Assembly: GCA_934446465.1 (NCBI GenBank)
Contig: CAKSEF010000003.1
Coordinates: 544-64,543 of the forward strand
DNA length: 64,000 bases
Reading direction: 5' to 3'
Source of the DNA: an uncultured Oscillospiraceae bacterium
Lineage (GTDB): Bacteria > Bacillota > Clostridia > Oscillospirales > JAAYXM01
Shown in pieces: positions 37,556-45,761 of this stretch (position 1 is the first letter of the stretch; the number at the start of each line of letters is the position of its first letter). Made by a program: the position numbers and the translations under genes. The notes below the pieces were generated by a model. It ran no database searches and had not been told where the DNA came from. It saw only the letters and a list, made by a program, of their open reading frames with translations.

Positions 37556-38560
37556 ATGTTAAAGTCTCTGCGCGAGCTTAAAGAAGAATTGAAGACAGAT
37601 AATATAAACGGAGTATATGTTTTCTTCGGTGAGGAAGGATATCTGCGCGAATACTATCTTTCTCAAATTATCAAGAAGTCCGTCGGAGACGCCATGCCCG
37701 AATTTAATGTGACAATAATAAACGAAAAAACAGATATTTCAAAAATTTCGGAAAGCGTGGAAAGCTACCCCGTCATGAGCGAAAAAAAGGTTGTGGCGGT
37801 CCGAGATTTCGATATTTTTTCGGCAGGAGACGAAGCGGAAAAATTCATATCGGACATTCCGGATTATTGCATATTGATTTTTGTCTATGCAAATATAGAA
37901 TATAAACCCGATAAACGCAAAAAGTCATATAAAACTATCGAAAAAATAGCATCTCTCGTCGAGTTTGAAAAAGCATCGCACACCGACCTCGTTTCATGGG
38001 TGAAACGGAGGTTCTCGGCAAACGATAAGGATATCGATGAGGATACAGCCGATTATCTGCTTTTCTATTGCGGTGAAATAATGCAGACCCTCATTCCCGA
38101 GATAGAAAAAGTATCTGCATATTCCCGCAAGAAAACAATAACCCGCGCAGATATAGAAGCAGTTGCAACGCGGAATGTGAGCTCTGCCGTATTTGATGCG
38201 GCCAACGCGGTGGCAGAGAAGGATTATGCAAAGGCACTTGTTGTGTTCTCCGAGCTTGAACAGCAGCGCGAGGAGCCGATACCGACACTTGCACTTGTCG
38301 CTTCGCAGTTCCGCCGTCTTTACGGAACAAAGCTCATTTGCGGGCGCGGCGGAGGGAGTTCGGATGTCATGCGCGCCTTCGGGTTCAAAAGCGATTATCC
38401 CGCGAAGAAAATGATTGCCGCGTCAAAAAAGATGACAAAGAAGGGCTTGCAGAGCGCAATAAAGCATGCGGAAGACTCGGACCGCCGTCTCAAGTTCGGC
38501 GCGGGCTGGGAAGAACTCTCTATGCTCGTTGCTGCCATTGCCGCGGAGGAAAAAGAATGA
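37556..38560 (+). CDS. holA: DNA polymerase III subunit delta
   Basis: 334-aa ORF with a HolA-like N-terminal region (YVFFGEEGYL) and typical length. comEC-holA neighbourhood as in other Firmicutes. Confidence 0.8.
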   Translation: MLKSLRELKEELKTDNINGVYVFFGEEGYLREYYLSQIIKKSVGDAMPEFNVTIINEKTDISKISESVESYPVMSEKKVVAVRDFDIFSAGDEAEKFISDIPDYCILIFVYANIEYKPDKRKKSYKTIEKIASLVEFEKASHTDLVSWVKRRFSANDKDIDEDTADYLLFYCGEIMQTLIPEIEKVSAYSRKKTITRADIEAVATRNVSSAVFDAANAVAEKDYAKALVVFSELEQQREEPIPTLALVASQFRRLYGTKLICGRGGGSSDVMRAFGFKSDYPAKKMIAASKKMTKKGLQSAIKHAEDSDRRLKFGAGWEELSMLVAAIAAEEKE

Positions 38561-39165
38561 AGCATGTTTCCGAGACAATAATAGTAGAGGGAAAATATGA
38601 TTTAAATAAGCTCAAGCAGTGTGTGGATGCCCATATAGTAGAAACATCGGGCTTTGGCGTATTCAATGATAAAGAAAAAAAGAAGCTGATACGGATGCTC
38701 GCCGTGAAAAACGGCATAATCATCCTCACGGACAGCGACAGCGCGGGCTTTGTCATAAGAAACTATATAAGAGGAATCGTAAAAAACGGTGTTGTAAAGC
38801 ATGCGTATATACCTGAAATAGAGGGAAAGGAACGGCGAAAAAGCGCACCCTCGAAAGAGGGTATGCTCGGGGTGGAAGGAATGACACCCGAAGTGATAGA
38901 AAATGCCCTTTCCGCAGCAGGGGCAACATTTGACGGCAAGGCGCGGGAAGCCTCGGCGGAGCTTACCAAAAGCGATATGTATCTGCTCGGACTCTCGGGC
39001 GGGGAGAACAGCGCAAAGATAAGAAATAAACTGTCTGAAAAGCTCGGACTTCCGCACTTAATTACGGCAAACGCATTTCTCTCGGCAGTGAATATGCTCT
39101 GTACGAGAAAGGAGCTTGAGGACGCGCTTGAGGATATAAAACGGAATAAAGCTTGTTCTTTTTAA
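38557..39165 (+). CDS. Toprim-domain protein, ribonuclease M5-like (DUF4093-type C-terminus)
   Basis: 202 aa from MKHVSETIIVEGKYD...IIILTDSDSAG (Toprim E and DxD motifs). Its ATG overlaps the holA TGA (ATGA). The longer upstream frame (38338) is rejected. Confidence 0.7.
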   Translation: MKHVSETIIVEGKYDLNKLKQCVDAHIVETSGFGVFNDKEKKKLIRMLAVKNGIIILTDSDSAGFVIRNYIRGIVKNGVVKHAYIPEIEGKERRKSAPSKEGMLGVEGMTPEVIENALSAAGATFDGKAREASAELTKSDMYLLGLSGGENSAKIRNKLSEKLGLPHLITANAFLSAVNMLCTRKELEDALEDIKRNKACSF

Positions 39166-39234
39166 ACAGACAGAGCGGTTTTTGTTATTAACGCCCTGTC
39201 TGTTTCATATAATCTTCTGTGAGGGGTGAAAAAG

Positions 39235-40131
39235 ATGACTGCACCTAACAGAAACAGGTATTACCCGAGAACACAGCAGAAAAAGAGCGGACACGGGTTT
39301 GTGTATCTGCGCCTCATGATTTGCGCAGGGATAATTGCTGCCGCATTTATACTCAAGTATACAAATTCGCCGATGCTCGATAAAATCTCCCGGAGGGTAA
39401 ATGAGGAAATGCAGGTAAGTGAGGCTGTTGAAGCGGTGAGCCGTGCGGCAAAGCTTGATGAGGGCATCTCCGCAGTGTTCGGAACAAAAGAAAAGGAGAC
39501 CGCTCAGAGTGATACGGCCGTATTCGGAAATGATTATTACATAGGAGAACAGGGAAAGGAAATTGAAGAAGAAATAAAAAAAGAACTCGAAAAAAATGCA
39601 GAGGAAGAGAAGAGGCTCAGTGCGGAAGCACTGAGCTTTCAAATGACTAATGAGGAGCTGTCGGACGATACCAAGGCCGAGGTTTTCAGAATCCCGCCGC
39701 CCTCATATTGCAGTTATGAGAAAAAGACGCTGGGCTTTAAATACGCAACACCGCTCCGCGGAGTGATAACGTCGAAGTTCGGATACCGCGACCACCCGAT
39801 AATAACCGACGCAAGCTTCCATACGGGACTCGATATAGCGGCGAAAAAGGGTACGGCAGTAGGTGCGTTCGCTGACGGAACAGTAGTCGAAACCGGCAGA
39901 AATTCCACATACGGAAACTATGTGAGGATAAGCCACGCGGGCGGTTTTTACAGCTTTTACGGCCATAATTCCAAAGTGGTAGTGAAAAAGGGCCAAAAGG
40001 TAAAGCTTGGGCAGAAGGTCTGTGAGGTGGGCAGTACGGGAATGTCAACGGGCCCGCACCTGCACTTTGAAATAAGAGCAAATAATATCCGTCTCGACCC
40101 CGCGCTCTATATATCCCCGTCAACAATATGA
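39235..40131 (+). CDS. membrane-anchored M23 (LytM-type) metallopeptidase, positional SpoIVFA analogue
   Basis: N-terminal basic tail plus one TM helix, an acidic coiled linker, and a C-terminal M23 domain with intact HxxxD (HTGLD) and HxH (HLHFE) motifs. The ATG at 39235 lies 6-7 nt after GAGGGGTG (alternative GTG at 39226). Confidence 0.8.
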   Translation: MTAPNRNRYYPRTQQKKSGHGFVYLRLMICAGIIAAAFILKYTNSPMLDKISRRVNEEMQVSEAVEAVSRAAKLDEGISAVFGTKEKETAQSDTAVFGNDYYIGEQGKEIEEEIKKELEKNAEEEKRLSAEALSFQMTNEELSDDTKAEVFRIPPPSYCSYEKKTLGFKYATPLRGVITSKFGYRDHPIITDASFHTGLDIAAKKGTAVGAFADGTVVETGRNSTYGNYVRISHAGGFYSFYGHNSKVVVKKGQKVKLGQKVCEVGSTGMSTGPHLHFEIRANNIRLDPALYISPSTI

Positions 40132-40715
40132 GGTGCAGGGTTAAGGTTAGTGTGCCGTTCTTGGCACTCGTATGCCTGCTCTACGTCCTGGATAAGAACG
40201 GGGCGCTTTTGTATACTCTCCTTGCGATGACACTGCATGAAACGGCGCATATTTTTGCAATAAGGCTGTGCGGCGGAACCGTTGAGGAAGTCGGCATCAG
40301 GGTATTCGGGATGAAAATAGAAGTTCCCGAGCTTGCGCTTATGCCGTATAAAAAGGAAATAATAATAGCCGCCGCAGGTCCGCTCGCAGGAATTATCTGC
40401 GCGCTTTTGTGCCTTGCAGCGGCAAGAATATTAAAAACAACGGTTCTTGACTACTTCATAGGTATAAACGTGGTAATTACGCTTATAAATCTGATACCCG
40501 TATATCCGCTCGACGGAGGGAGAATAGTTTTGTCTGCGTCTCTGCTCATGTTCGGTGAGAGAACAGGTTATGCAATATCGCATATTCTCGCGGTGATATC
40601 GGTGGCGGGAATGTTTTCTCTCTGCGCCGTGTGCGCTATGCACAACGCGCTTAATCCGACGCTTGCGATTTTCTCTATGTATATTGCGGTGTGCAGCATT
40701 ACTTGCCGTGCTTGA
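40128..40715 (+). CDS. spoIVFB: M50 site-2 protease, SpoIVFB-like, too short (195 aa) to include the CBS domain of B. subtilis SpoIVFB
   Basis: HETAH (HExxH) in a TM helix, FGMKIEV, AAGPLAG and NLIPVYPLDGGR motifs in the SpoIVFB order. The ATG overlaps the upstream TGA (ATGA). Confidence 0.7.
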   Translation: MRCRVKVSVPFLALVCLLYVLDKNGALLYTLLAMTLHETAHIFAIRLCGGTVEEVGIRVFGMKIEVPELALMPYKKEIIIAAAGPLAGIICALLCLAAARILKTTVLDYFIGINVVITLINLIPVYPLDGGRIVLSASLLMFGERTGYAISHILAVISVAGMFSLCAVCAMHNALNPTLAIFSMYIAVCSITCRA

Positions 40716-41436
40716 GCTTTTCGGCAACGAAGAGCTTCTCGCGCGGAGTAAGCGGAGCCGAATCAATCATATCTGGGCGCTTCTCCAATGTGCGGATTAT
40801 TGACTGCTCTCTCCGCCATTTGCGTATGTTTTCATGATGTCCCGACAGCAGAATTTCGGGTACTTCACGACCGTGCCAGACTGACGGACGGGTATACTGC
40901 GGATATTCCAAAAGACCGTCAAAATGGCTCTCCTCCGAAAAACATTCCTCATCTGAGAGAACTCCGGGAATCATACGTGCGATAGCATCCGTAACGGCCA
41001 TTGCGGGAATTTCTCCGCCTGTGAGAACAAAGTCTCCTATTGATATTTCCTCGTCAACACATTCCTCAATAAAACGCTCGTCAATGCCTTCGTAATGACC
41101 GCAGACAAGGATTATGTGCGAGTAATCCTTTGAAAGCGCACGGGCCTTTGCCTGATTAAAAACAGAGCCCTGCGGAGACATGTATATCGTGTGAGCTTCG
41201 GGAGAATTGCCTTTAATATCCGCCCAGCAATTATAGAGAGCGTCGGCATACATGACCATTCCCATGCCTCCGCCGTATGGGTAGTCGTCAACCTGTTTTT
41301 GTTTATTTTTGGTATAATCGCGTATCTGATAGTAGCCTATTTCGAGCTTTCCCGCGGCGCGCGCGCGTCCGATTATGCTTTCGCTCATCATTGCGTCGCA
41401 TGCTTCGGGAAATAATGTCATAATGTCAATTCTCAT
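40699..41436 (-). CDS. trmD: tRNA (guanine37-N1)-methyltransferase
   Basis: Canonical TrmD from MRIDIMTLFPE (GRARAAGKLEI, DDYPYGGGMGMV, GHYEGIDER). Internal start at 41436 preferred. Overlaps rimM by 11 nt. Confidence 0.95.
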   Translation of the reverse strand: MRIDIMTLFPEACDAMMSESIIGRARAAGKLEIGYYQIRDYTKNKQKQVDDYPYGGGMGMVMYADALYNCWADIKGNSPEAHTIYMSPQGSVFNQAKARALSKDYSHIILVCGHYEGIDERFIEECVDEEISIGDFVLTGGEIPAMAVTDAIARMIPGVLSDEECFSEESHFDGLLEYPQYTRPSVWHGREVPEILLSGHHENIRKWRREQSIIRTLEKRPDMIDSAPLTPREKLFVAEKLKHGK

Positions 41437-41938
41437 TCTTGTTACCGCCCTTCTCGACACGCATTCCGGGAATGGTGGATACATGGATGATTCCGTTTTC
41501 CGTATCCACACCGTGTATGAACTCGGAAACGGCCGGTATCATATATTCATGCTCGCCGCGGATTACATAGACATCATTTGACGGAAGGGAAAAAACATCG
41601 CAGACTTTTCCGAGAACGATTCCGTCCTTGTCCTCGGCACGAAGCCCTATTAAATCTTCGATAAAGAAGCTTCCCTCATCGAGTTCAACCTCGCTCTTGT
41701 CCACTGAAACGGTCTTGTTTCTGTATTTTTCAGCTTCGTTTAAGCTGTTTATCCCCGAGAGCTTGAGAAGCACACAATTCTTGTGTACTCTGGCACGTTC
41801 GACGTTAAAAGGCTTTTCGTCTATATAAATAATGTCAAAATCACAGAGAAAGTCGTCCGTATCGCTCCACGGCTGAACCTTAATTTCACCGTATACGCTG
41901 TGAGTATTGACAATTTTACCTGCTTCAATAAGTTCCAT
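41426..41938 (-). CDS. rimM: 16S rRNA processing protein RimM
   Basis: RimM pattern (IEAGKIVNTHSVYGEIKV, PRC-barrel C-terminus). The ATG at 41938 lies 4 nt after GAGGTG. Confidence 0.9.
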   Translation of the reverse strand: MELIEAGKIVNTHSVYGEIKVQPWSDTDDFLCDFDIIYIDEKPFNVERARVHKNCVLLKLSGINSLNEAEKYRNKTVSVDKSEVELDEGSFFIEDLIGLRAEDKDGIVLGKVCDVFSLPSNDVYVIRGEHEYMIPAVSEFIHGVDTENGIIHVSTIPGMRVEKGGNKNEN

Positions 41939-41956
41939 AATACACCTCATAAGTTA

Positions 41957-41990
41957 AATTCGGGACTGCCGTGTTCGGCAGTCCCGAATT
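41957..41990 (-). promoter_or_regulatory. perfect 15-bp hairpin inside the rpsP-ylqC-rimM-trmD operon (no U-tract)
   Basis: AATTCGGGACTGCCG, TGTT, CGGCAGTCCCGAATT, lying between the ylqC stop and the rimM RBS. Confidence 0.5.
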
Positions 41991-41996
41991 CAGCAA

Positions 41997-42227
41997 TCAG
42001 TCAACTATGTCAACCGATACCTTGATGTTATCTTTAAGAGCTGCGGCCTTAATAATAGAGCGAATTTCCTTCGCTATACGGCCGTGTTTGCCGATAACTT
42101 TGCCCATGTCGTCCGGCGCAACGCGAATCTCCAGAACGAGAGAATCGTCGCGGGTTACTTCAGTAACACTGACGGCATCGGGATTTCCGACAAGGCTTTT
42201 TGCAATGTAAGTTAAAAGGTCTTTCAT
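41997..42227 (-). CDS. ylqC: KH-domain RNA-binding protein (YlqC family)
   Basis: MKDLLTYIAKSLV...MGKVIGKHGRIAKEIRSI (GxxG KH motif). ATG at 42227, after GGGAGAGGTG, is preferred. Confidence 0.85.
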   Translation of the reverse strand: MKDLLTYIAKSLVGNPDAVSVTEVTRDDSLVLEIRVAPDDMGKVIGKHGRIAKEIRSIIKAAALKDNIKVSVDIVD

Positions 42228-42250
42228 TTTTCCGCTCACCTCTCCCGGAA

Positions 42251-42493
42251 TTACTGGATTGCGCCTGTGCGCTTAAGAAGTGCCTTAACCGTGTCTGTAG
42301 GCTGAGCACCTTTCTTAATCCATTCGAGGGCGCGGTCGTTGTCTATCTTGATTTCGGCCGGCTCCGTGAGCGGATTGTATGTTCCGAGTTCTTCGATAAA
42401 TCTTCCGTCGCGCGGGAATCTTGAATCGGCAACAACAACACGATAGAACGGGGACTTTTTCGCGCCCATTCTGCGAAGTCTAATCTTTACCAT
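42251..42493 (-). CDS. rpsP: 30S ribosomal protein S16
   Basis: [25 protein letters not shown] is the canonical bS16 N-terminus. Confidence 0.97.
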   Translation of the reverse strand: MVKIRLRRMGAKKSPFYRVVVADSRFPRDGRFIEELGTYNPLTEPAEIKIDNDRALEWIKKGAQPTDTVKALLKRTGAIQ

Positions 42494-42551
42494 GTGAATT
42501 TCACCTCCAAATTTTTATAAAGCAAATGTATATAAAGTGTTTGCTTACGAA

Positions 42552-43910
42552 TTAGAAAGAAAAGGGGAAACCGCCTTTTCGGCGCATACTGCGAGGGATT
42601 TTCTTTGCCATAGCAGCGCCGCCTGTCATCTGTTTCATCATCTTTTTAGATGCCTCAAACTGCTTTAAGAGCTTATTAACATCCTCGACCGAGACACCGC
42701 TTCCCGCCGCTATGCGCTTTTTTCTGCTGAAGTTTATAATTGACGGATTGTCGCGCTCCTCGGGTGTCATGGAAGATATCACCGCGTCAATTCTGTAAAT
42801 CGCGCGCTCATCTATCTTCGCGCCCTGAAGCGCCTTCGGGTCAATCCCCGGAATCATTTTAATCAAGTCCGACATGGGACCCATGCTCTGCATTTGGCGC
42901 ATCTGCTCGCGAAAGTCGGTAAGTGTGAAAGAATTTTCACGTATCTTCTTTTCGAGTTCAACGGCCTTTTTTTCGTCAAATGCCTGCTCTGCCTTCTCGA
43001 TAAGAGAAAGAATATCGCCCATTCCGAGTATTCTTGAGGCTATCCTTTCCGGATGAAACGGCTCGATTCCGTCGAGCTTTTCGCCCGTGCCGATAAACTT
43101 AATCGGCTTCCCCGTAACGGCTCTTACGGAGAGCGCGGAACCGCCTCTTGCATCGCCGTCAAGCTTTGTGAGATATACGCTGTCTATCGAAAGCGCATCG
43201 TTAAATGAGGACGCGGTCGTAACGGCATCCTGACCGCTCATTGCATCTATTACAAGCATGATTTCCGTCGGGTTCACGGCTTCTTTAATTGCCTTAAGCT
43301 CGTTCATGAGCTCCTCGTCTATGTGAAGACGGCCCGCCGTGTCGAGGAAAACCATGTCGTTTCCGTGGGTTACCGCGTGTTCCCGCGCAAGGCACGCAAT
43401 TTCAACGGGCGTTTTGCCCTCGGCCTTGAAGACGGGAATTGACAACTGATTTCCCAAAACCTCAAGCTGTTTAATTGCGGCGGGACGGTAAATATCGCAG
43501 GCAACAAGAAGCGGGCGTTTGGACGCCGTTTTTCTCATATACGAAGCAAGTTTTGCAATATTCGTCGTCTTTCCCGCACCCTGAAGTCCTACGAACATGA
43601 CAATGGTCGGCGGCTTTGGTGAGATGTTAAGCTTTTCGCCCTCACCGCCCATAAGAGACGTTATTTCCTCGTTGACAATCTTAACAAGCTGCTGCGCCGG
43701 ATTGAGTCCTTCAAGAACCTCTGCGCCCACTGCACGCTCCGAAACCTTTGCCGTGAAGTCCCGCACAACTTTGAAATTTACGTCTGCCTCCAAAAGGGCA
43801 AGCTTAATCTCGCGCATGGCCTCTTTTATATCGCGCTCGGTAAGACGGCCCTTGGAACGAAGCTTCTTAAAAGCTGAAGTTATTTTTTCGCTTAGACTTT
43901 CAAAAGCCAT
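42552..43910 (-). CDS. ffh: signal recognition particle protein Ffh
   Basis: N, G and M domains (GLQGAGKTT, DTAGR, TKLDGD, Met-rich C-terminus). Confidence 0.97.
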   Translation of the reverse strand: MAFESLSEKITSAFKKLRSKGRLTERDIKEAMREIKLALLEADVNFKVVRDFTAKVSERAVGAEVLEGLNPAQQLVKIVNEEITSLMGGEGEKLNISPKPPTIVMFVGLQGAGKTTNIAKLASYMRKTASKRPLLVACDIYRPAAIKQLEVLGNQLSIPVFKAEGKTPVEIACLAREHAVTHGNDMVFLDTAGRLHIDEELMNELKAIKEAVNPTEIMLVIDAMSGQDAVTTASSFNDALSIDSVYLTKLDGDARGGSALSVRAVTGKPIKFIGTGEKLDGIEPFHPERIASRILGMGDILSLIEKAEQAFDEKKAVELEKKIRENSFTLTDFREQMRQMQSMGPMSDLIKMIPGIDPKALQGAKIDERAIYRIDAVISSMTPEERDNPSIINFSRKKRIAAGSGVSVEDVNKLLKQFEASKKMMKQMTGGAAMAKKIPRSMRRKGGFPFSF

Positions 43911-43935
43911 TTACTGCCTCCGTTATAATTGGTAA

Positions 43936-44301
43936 TCAGACATCAAGCGACTCAGCACAGGCTATAATGTCGGCCGTGCATTTGTCAAGCTCGGAGTTTC
44001 TGAAATTGGTATCATTGACAATCCTGATTCGCTCGGCACAGTCGATAATCTTACGAACGCTTTCGGAAAGACGCCCGTATTTCTCCGCAAGCCCGAGCTT
44101 CGATTCAAATTTTCTGAGAATTTCTTCGGAGCGGACTATGCTGTCTCTTACGCCTTGGCGCGTAATCGAAAGGTGTTCCGCAATCTCCGCAAGAGATAAA
44201 TCTTCGTTGTAGTAAAGGTCAAAAATTTCACGCTGTTTTTCCGTAAGAATATCGCCGTAGAAATCAAACAGCATCGTAAGTTCAAAAGACACGTTTCTCA
44301 C
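43936..44301 (-). CDS. ylxM: YlxM/p13-like putative DNA-binding protein (UPF0122)
   Basis: LFDFYGDILTEKQREIFDLYYNEDLSLAEIAE is the UPF0122 signature. GTG at 44301 lies 7 nt after AAGGAGG. The upstream ATG at 44361 falls inside the predicted promoter spacer. Confidence 0.85.
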   Translation of the reverse strand: MRNVSFELTMLFDFYGDILTEKQREIFDLYYNEDLSLAEIAEHLSITRQGVRDSIVRSEEILRKFESKLGLAEKYGRLSESVRKIIDCAERIRIVNDTNFRNSELDKCTADIIACAESLDV

Positions 44302-44345
44302 GTAAAAACCTCCTTTTGTAAAGTTATATCGCTTTACAATTTGGT

Positions 44346-44374
44346 ATTTTACCATAAACACCGCATTTTGTCAA
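44346..44374 (-). promoter_or_regulatory. putative sigmaA promoter of the ylxM-ffh operon
   Basis: Minus strand TTGACA, 17 nt, TAAAAT, with a TGG extended -10. Confidence 0.5.
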
Positions 44375-44413
44375 GCGGGAAAGATAAATTAGGAGCTTTT
44401 TTAATGCTTTGAT

Positions 44414-44442
44414 GTTGTAATGATTGGAAAAATTGTGTATAA
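44414..44442 (+). promoter_or_regulatory. putative sigmaA promoter of the M16 peptidase pair
   Basis: TTGTAA, 17 nt, TATAAT. Confidence 0.45.
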
Positions 44443-44486
44443 TATAACTCGGTTAAATACGTCGTTTGCAAAGGAGGCATAGTGTT

Positions 44487-45761
44487 TTGGAAATGACATA
44501 TAAAGAAATATTGCCCGGTGTTAAGCTGCGGGTAATAGAAACCGACAGATTTGAAACTAACTGCCTGTCTGTCCAGTTCAAGTCAAAAATGAGCGAGGAC
44601 ACAGCATCGATGATTACGCTTGTTCCGCGGATTTTGAGACGCGGAACAGCAAAGCATCCCGATATGGAATCTCTTGCCGCCGCGCTTGATGAAATGTACG
44701 GTGCGAGAATCGAGGCTGTCTCGAGAAAATACGGCGATGTTATCGGGAGCGGGTTCATATGCGATTTTGTAGAGTCGGAAGAAAAGCTACTTCCCGATGT
44801 GGCCGAGCTTCTCGGAGAGATTGCGTTTGATGCAAAGACTGAGCACGGCGCATTCCGCCGCGACTATGTTGACGGTGAACGTGCGAACCTCATCGATGAA
44901 ATAAAAACCGAAATTAACAGTAAGCTGAATTACGCATACCTCCGTGCGTCCGAAAGAGTTTTGCAGGGAACTCCGTTTGCCGTAAGCGAACTCGGAACGG
45001 AGGAAGCGGCGGAGCGGGCAGATGAAAATTCGCTGTTTAAGTATTATAAGAAGGTAATTGCGGAGTTTCCGTGCGAGGTATTTTTCTGCGGAAATTATTC
45101 GGCAGACGAAGTTGAGCGTGAAATAAAGAAAATGTTCACGCGCGTCAAAAGAAGATTTAACGGCGGAATCGAGTCGGAAAAGCCCGTGTATACGGAGTCG
45201 GGCAGAGTATGCGAAAAAATGGACGTCTCTCAGGCAAATCTGCTTGTCGGATTGTATAACGAGAATGCAGACGTTTATACGGCAAAGCTCTTTTCCGCAA
45301 TACTCGGCGGAGGAACAACGTCTAAGCTGTTTGTGAACGTCCGTGAGAAAAATTCACTGTGCTATTTTACGGGTTCGGTGTATGATTCCTTTAAAAATAC
45401 GCTGTTCATGTACTGCGGAATAGACCCCAAAAATGAAAAAAAAGCAGAAAAGGCAATGACGGAACAGCTTTCCGCGTGTGTCGCGGGAGATATAACCGAT
45501 GAGGAAATAAAGAACGCTAGAAAGGGTATGCTTGACGACCTTGCAACGATTGACGACTCACCGTTTTCTCAGGAGGGCTTCTGGCTCCGCGCCGCCGTGT
45601 CGGGCGATGAAAGAACACCGGAAGAACTGTCTCTGAAGGTCAAAAAAATTTCAGCCGATGATATTATTTCCTGCGCAAAGGGTTTTAAGCGCGCAATAAC
45701 ATATCTTCTTACGGGATTGGAGGGGAGCACGGATGAAACTAAACTCTTACCACGCGCTTAA
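44487..45761 (+). CDS. M16 (pitrilysin/insulinase) family protein lacking the HxxEH zinc motif (probable non-catalytic partner)
   Basis: ~425-aa M16-like two-domain protein with no HxxEH in the N-terminal domain. TTG at 44487 lies 9 nt after GGAGG (alternative ATG at 44493). Confidence 0.75.
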   Translation: MEMTYKEILPGVKLRVIETDRFETNCLSVQFKSKMSEDTASMITLVPRILRRGTAKHPDMESLAAALDEMYGARIEAVSRKYGDVIGSGFICDFVESEEKLLPDVAELLGEIAFDAKTEHGAFRRDYVDGERANLIDEIKTEINSKLNYAYLRASERVLQGTPFAVSELGTEEAAERADENSLFKYYKKVIAEFPCEVFFCGNYSADEVEREIKKMFTRVKRRFNGGIESEKPVYTESGRVCEKMDVSQANLLVGLYNENADVYTAKLFSAILGGGTTSKLFVNVREKNSLCYFTGSVYDSFKNTLFMYCGIDPKNEKKAEKAMTEQLSACVAGDITDEEIKNARKGMLDDLATIDDSPFSQEGFWLRAAVSGDERTPEELSLKVKKISADDIISCAKGFKRAITYLLTGLEGSTDETKLLPRA

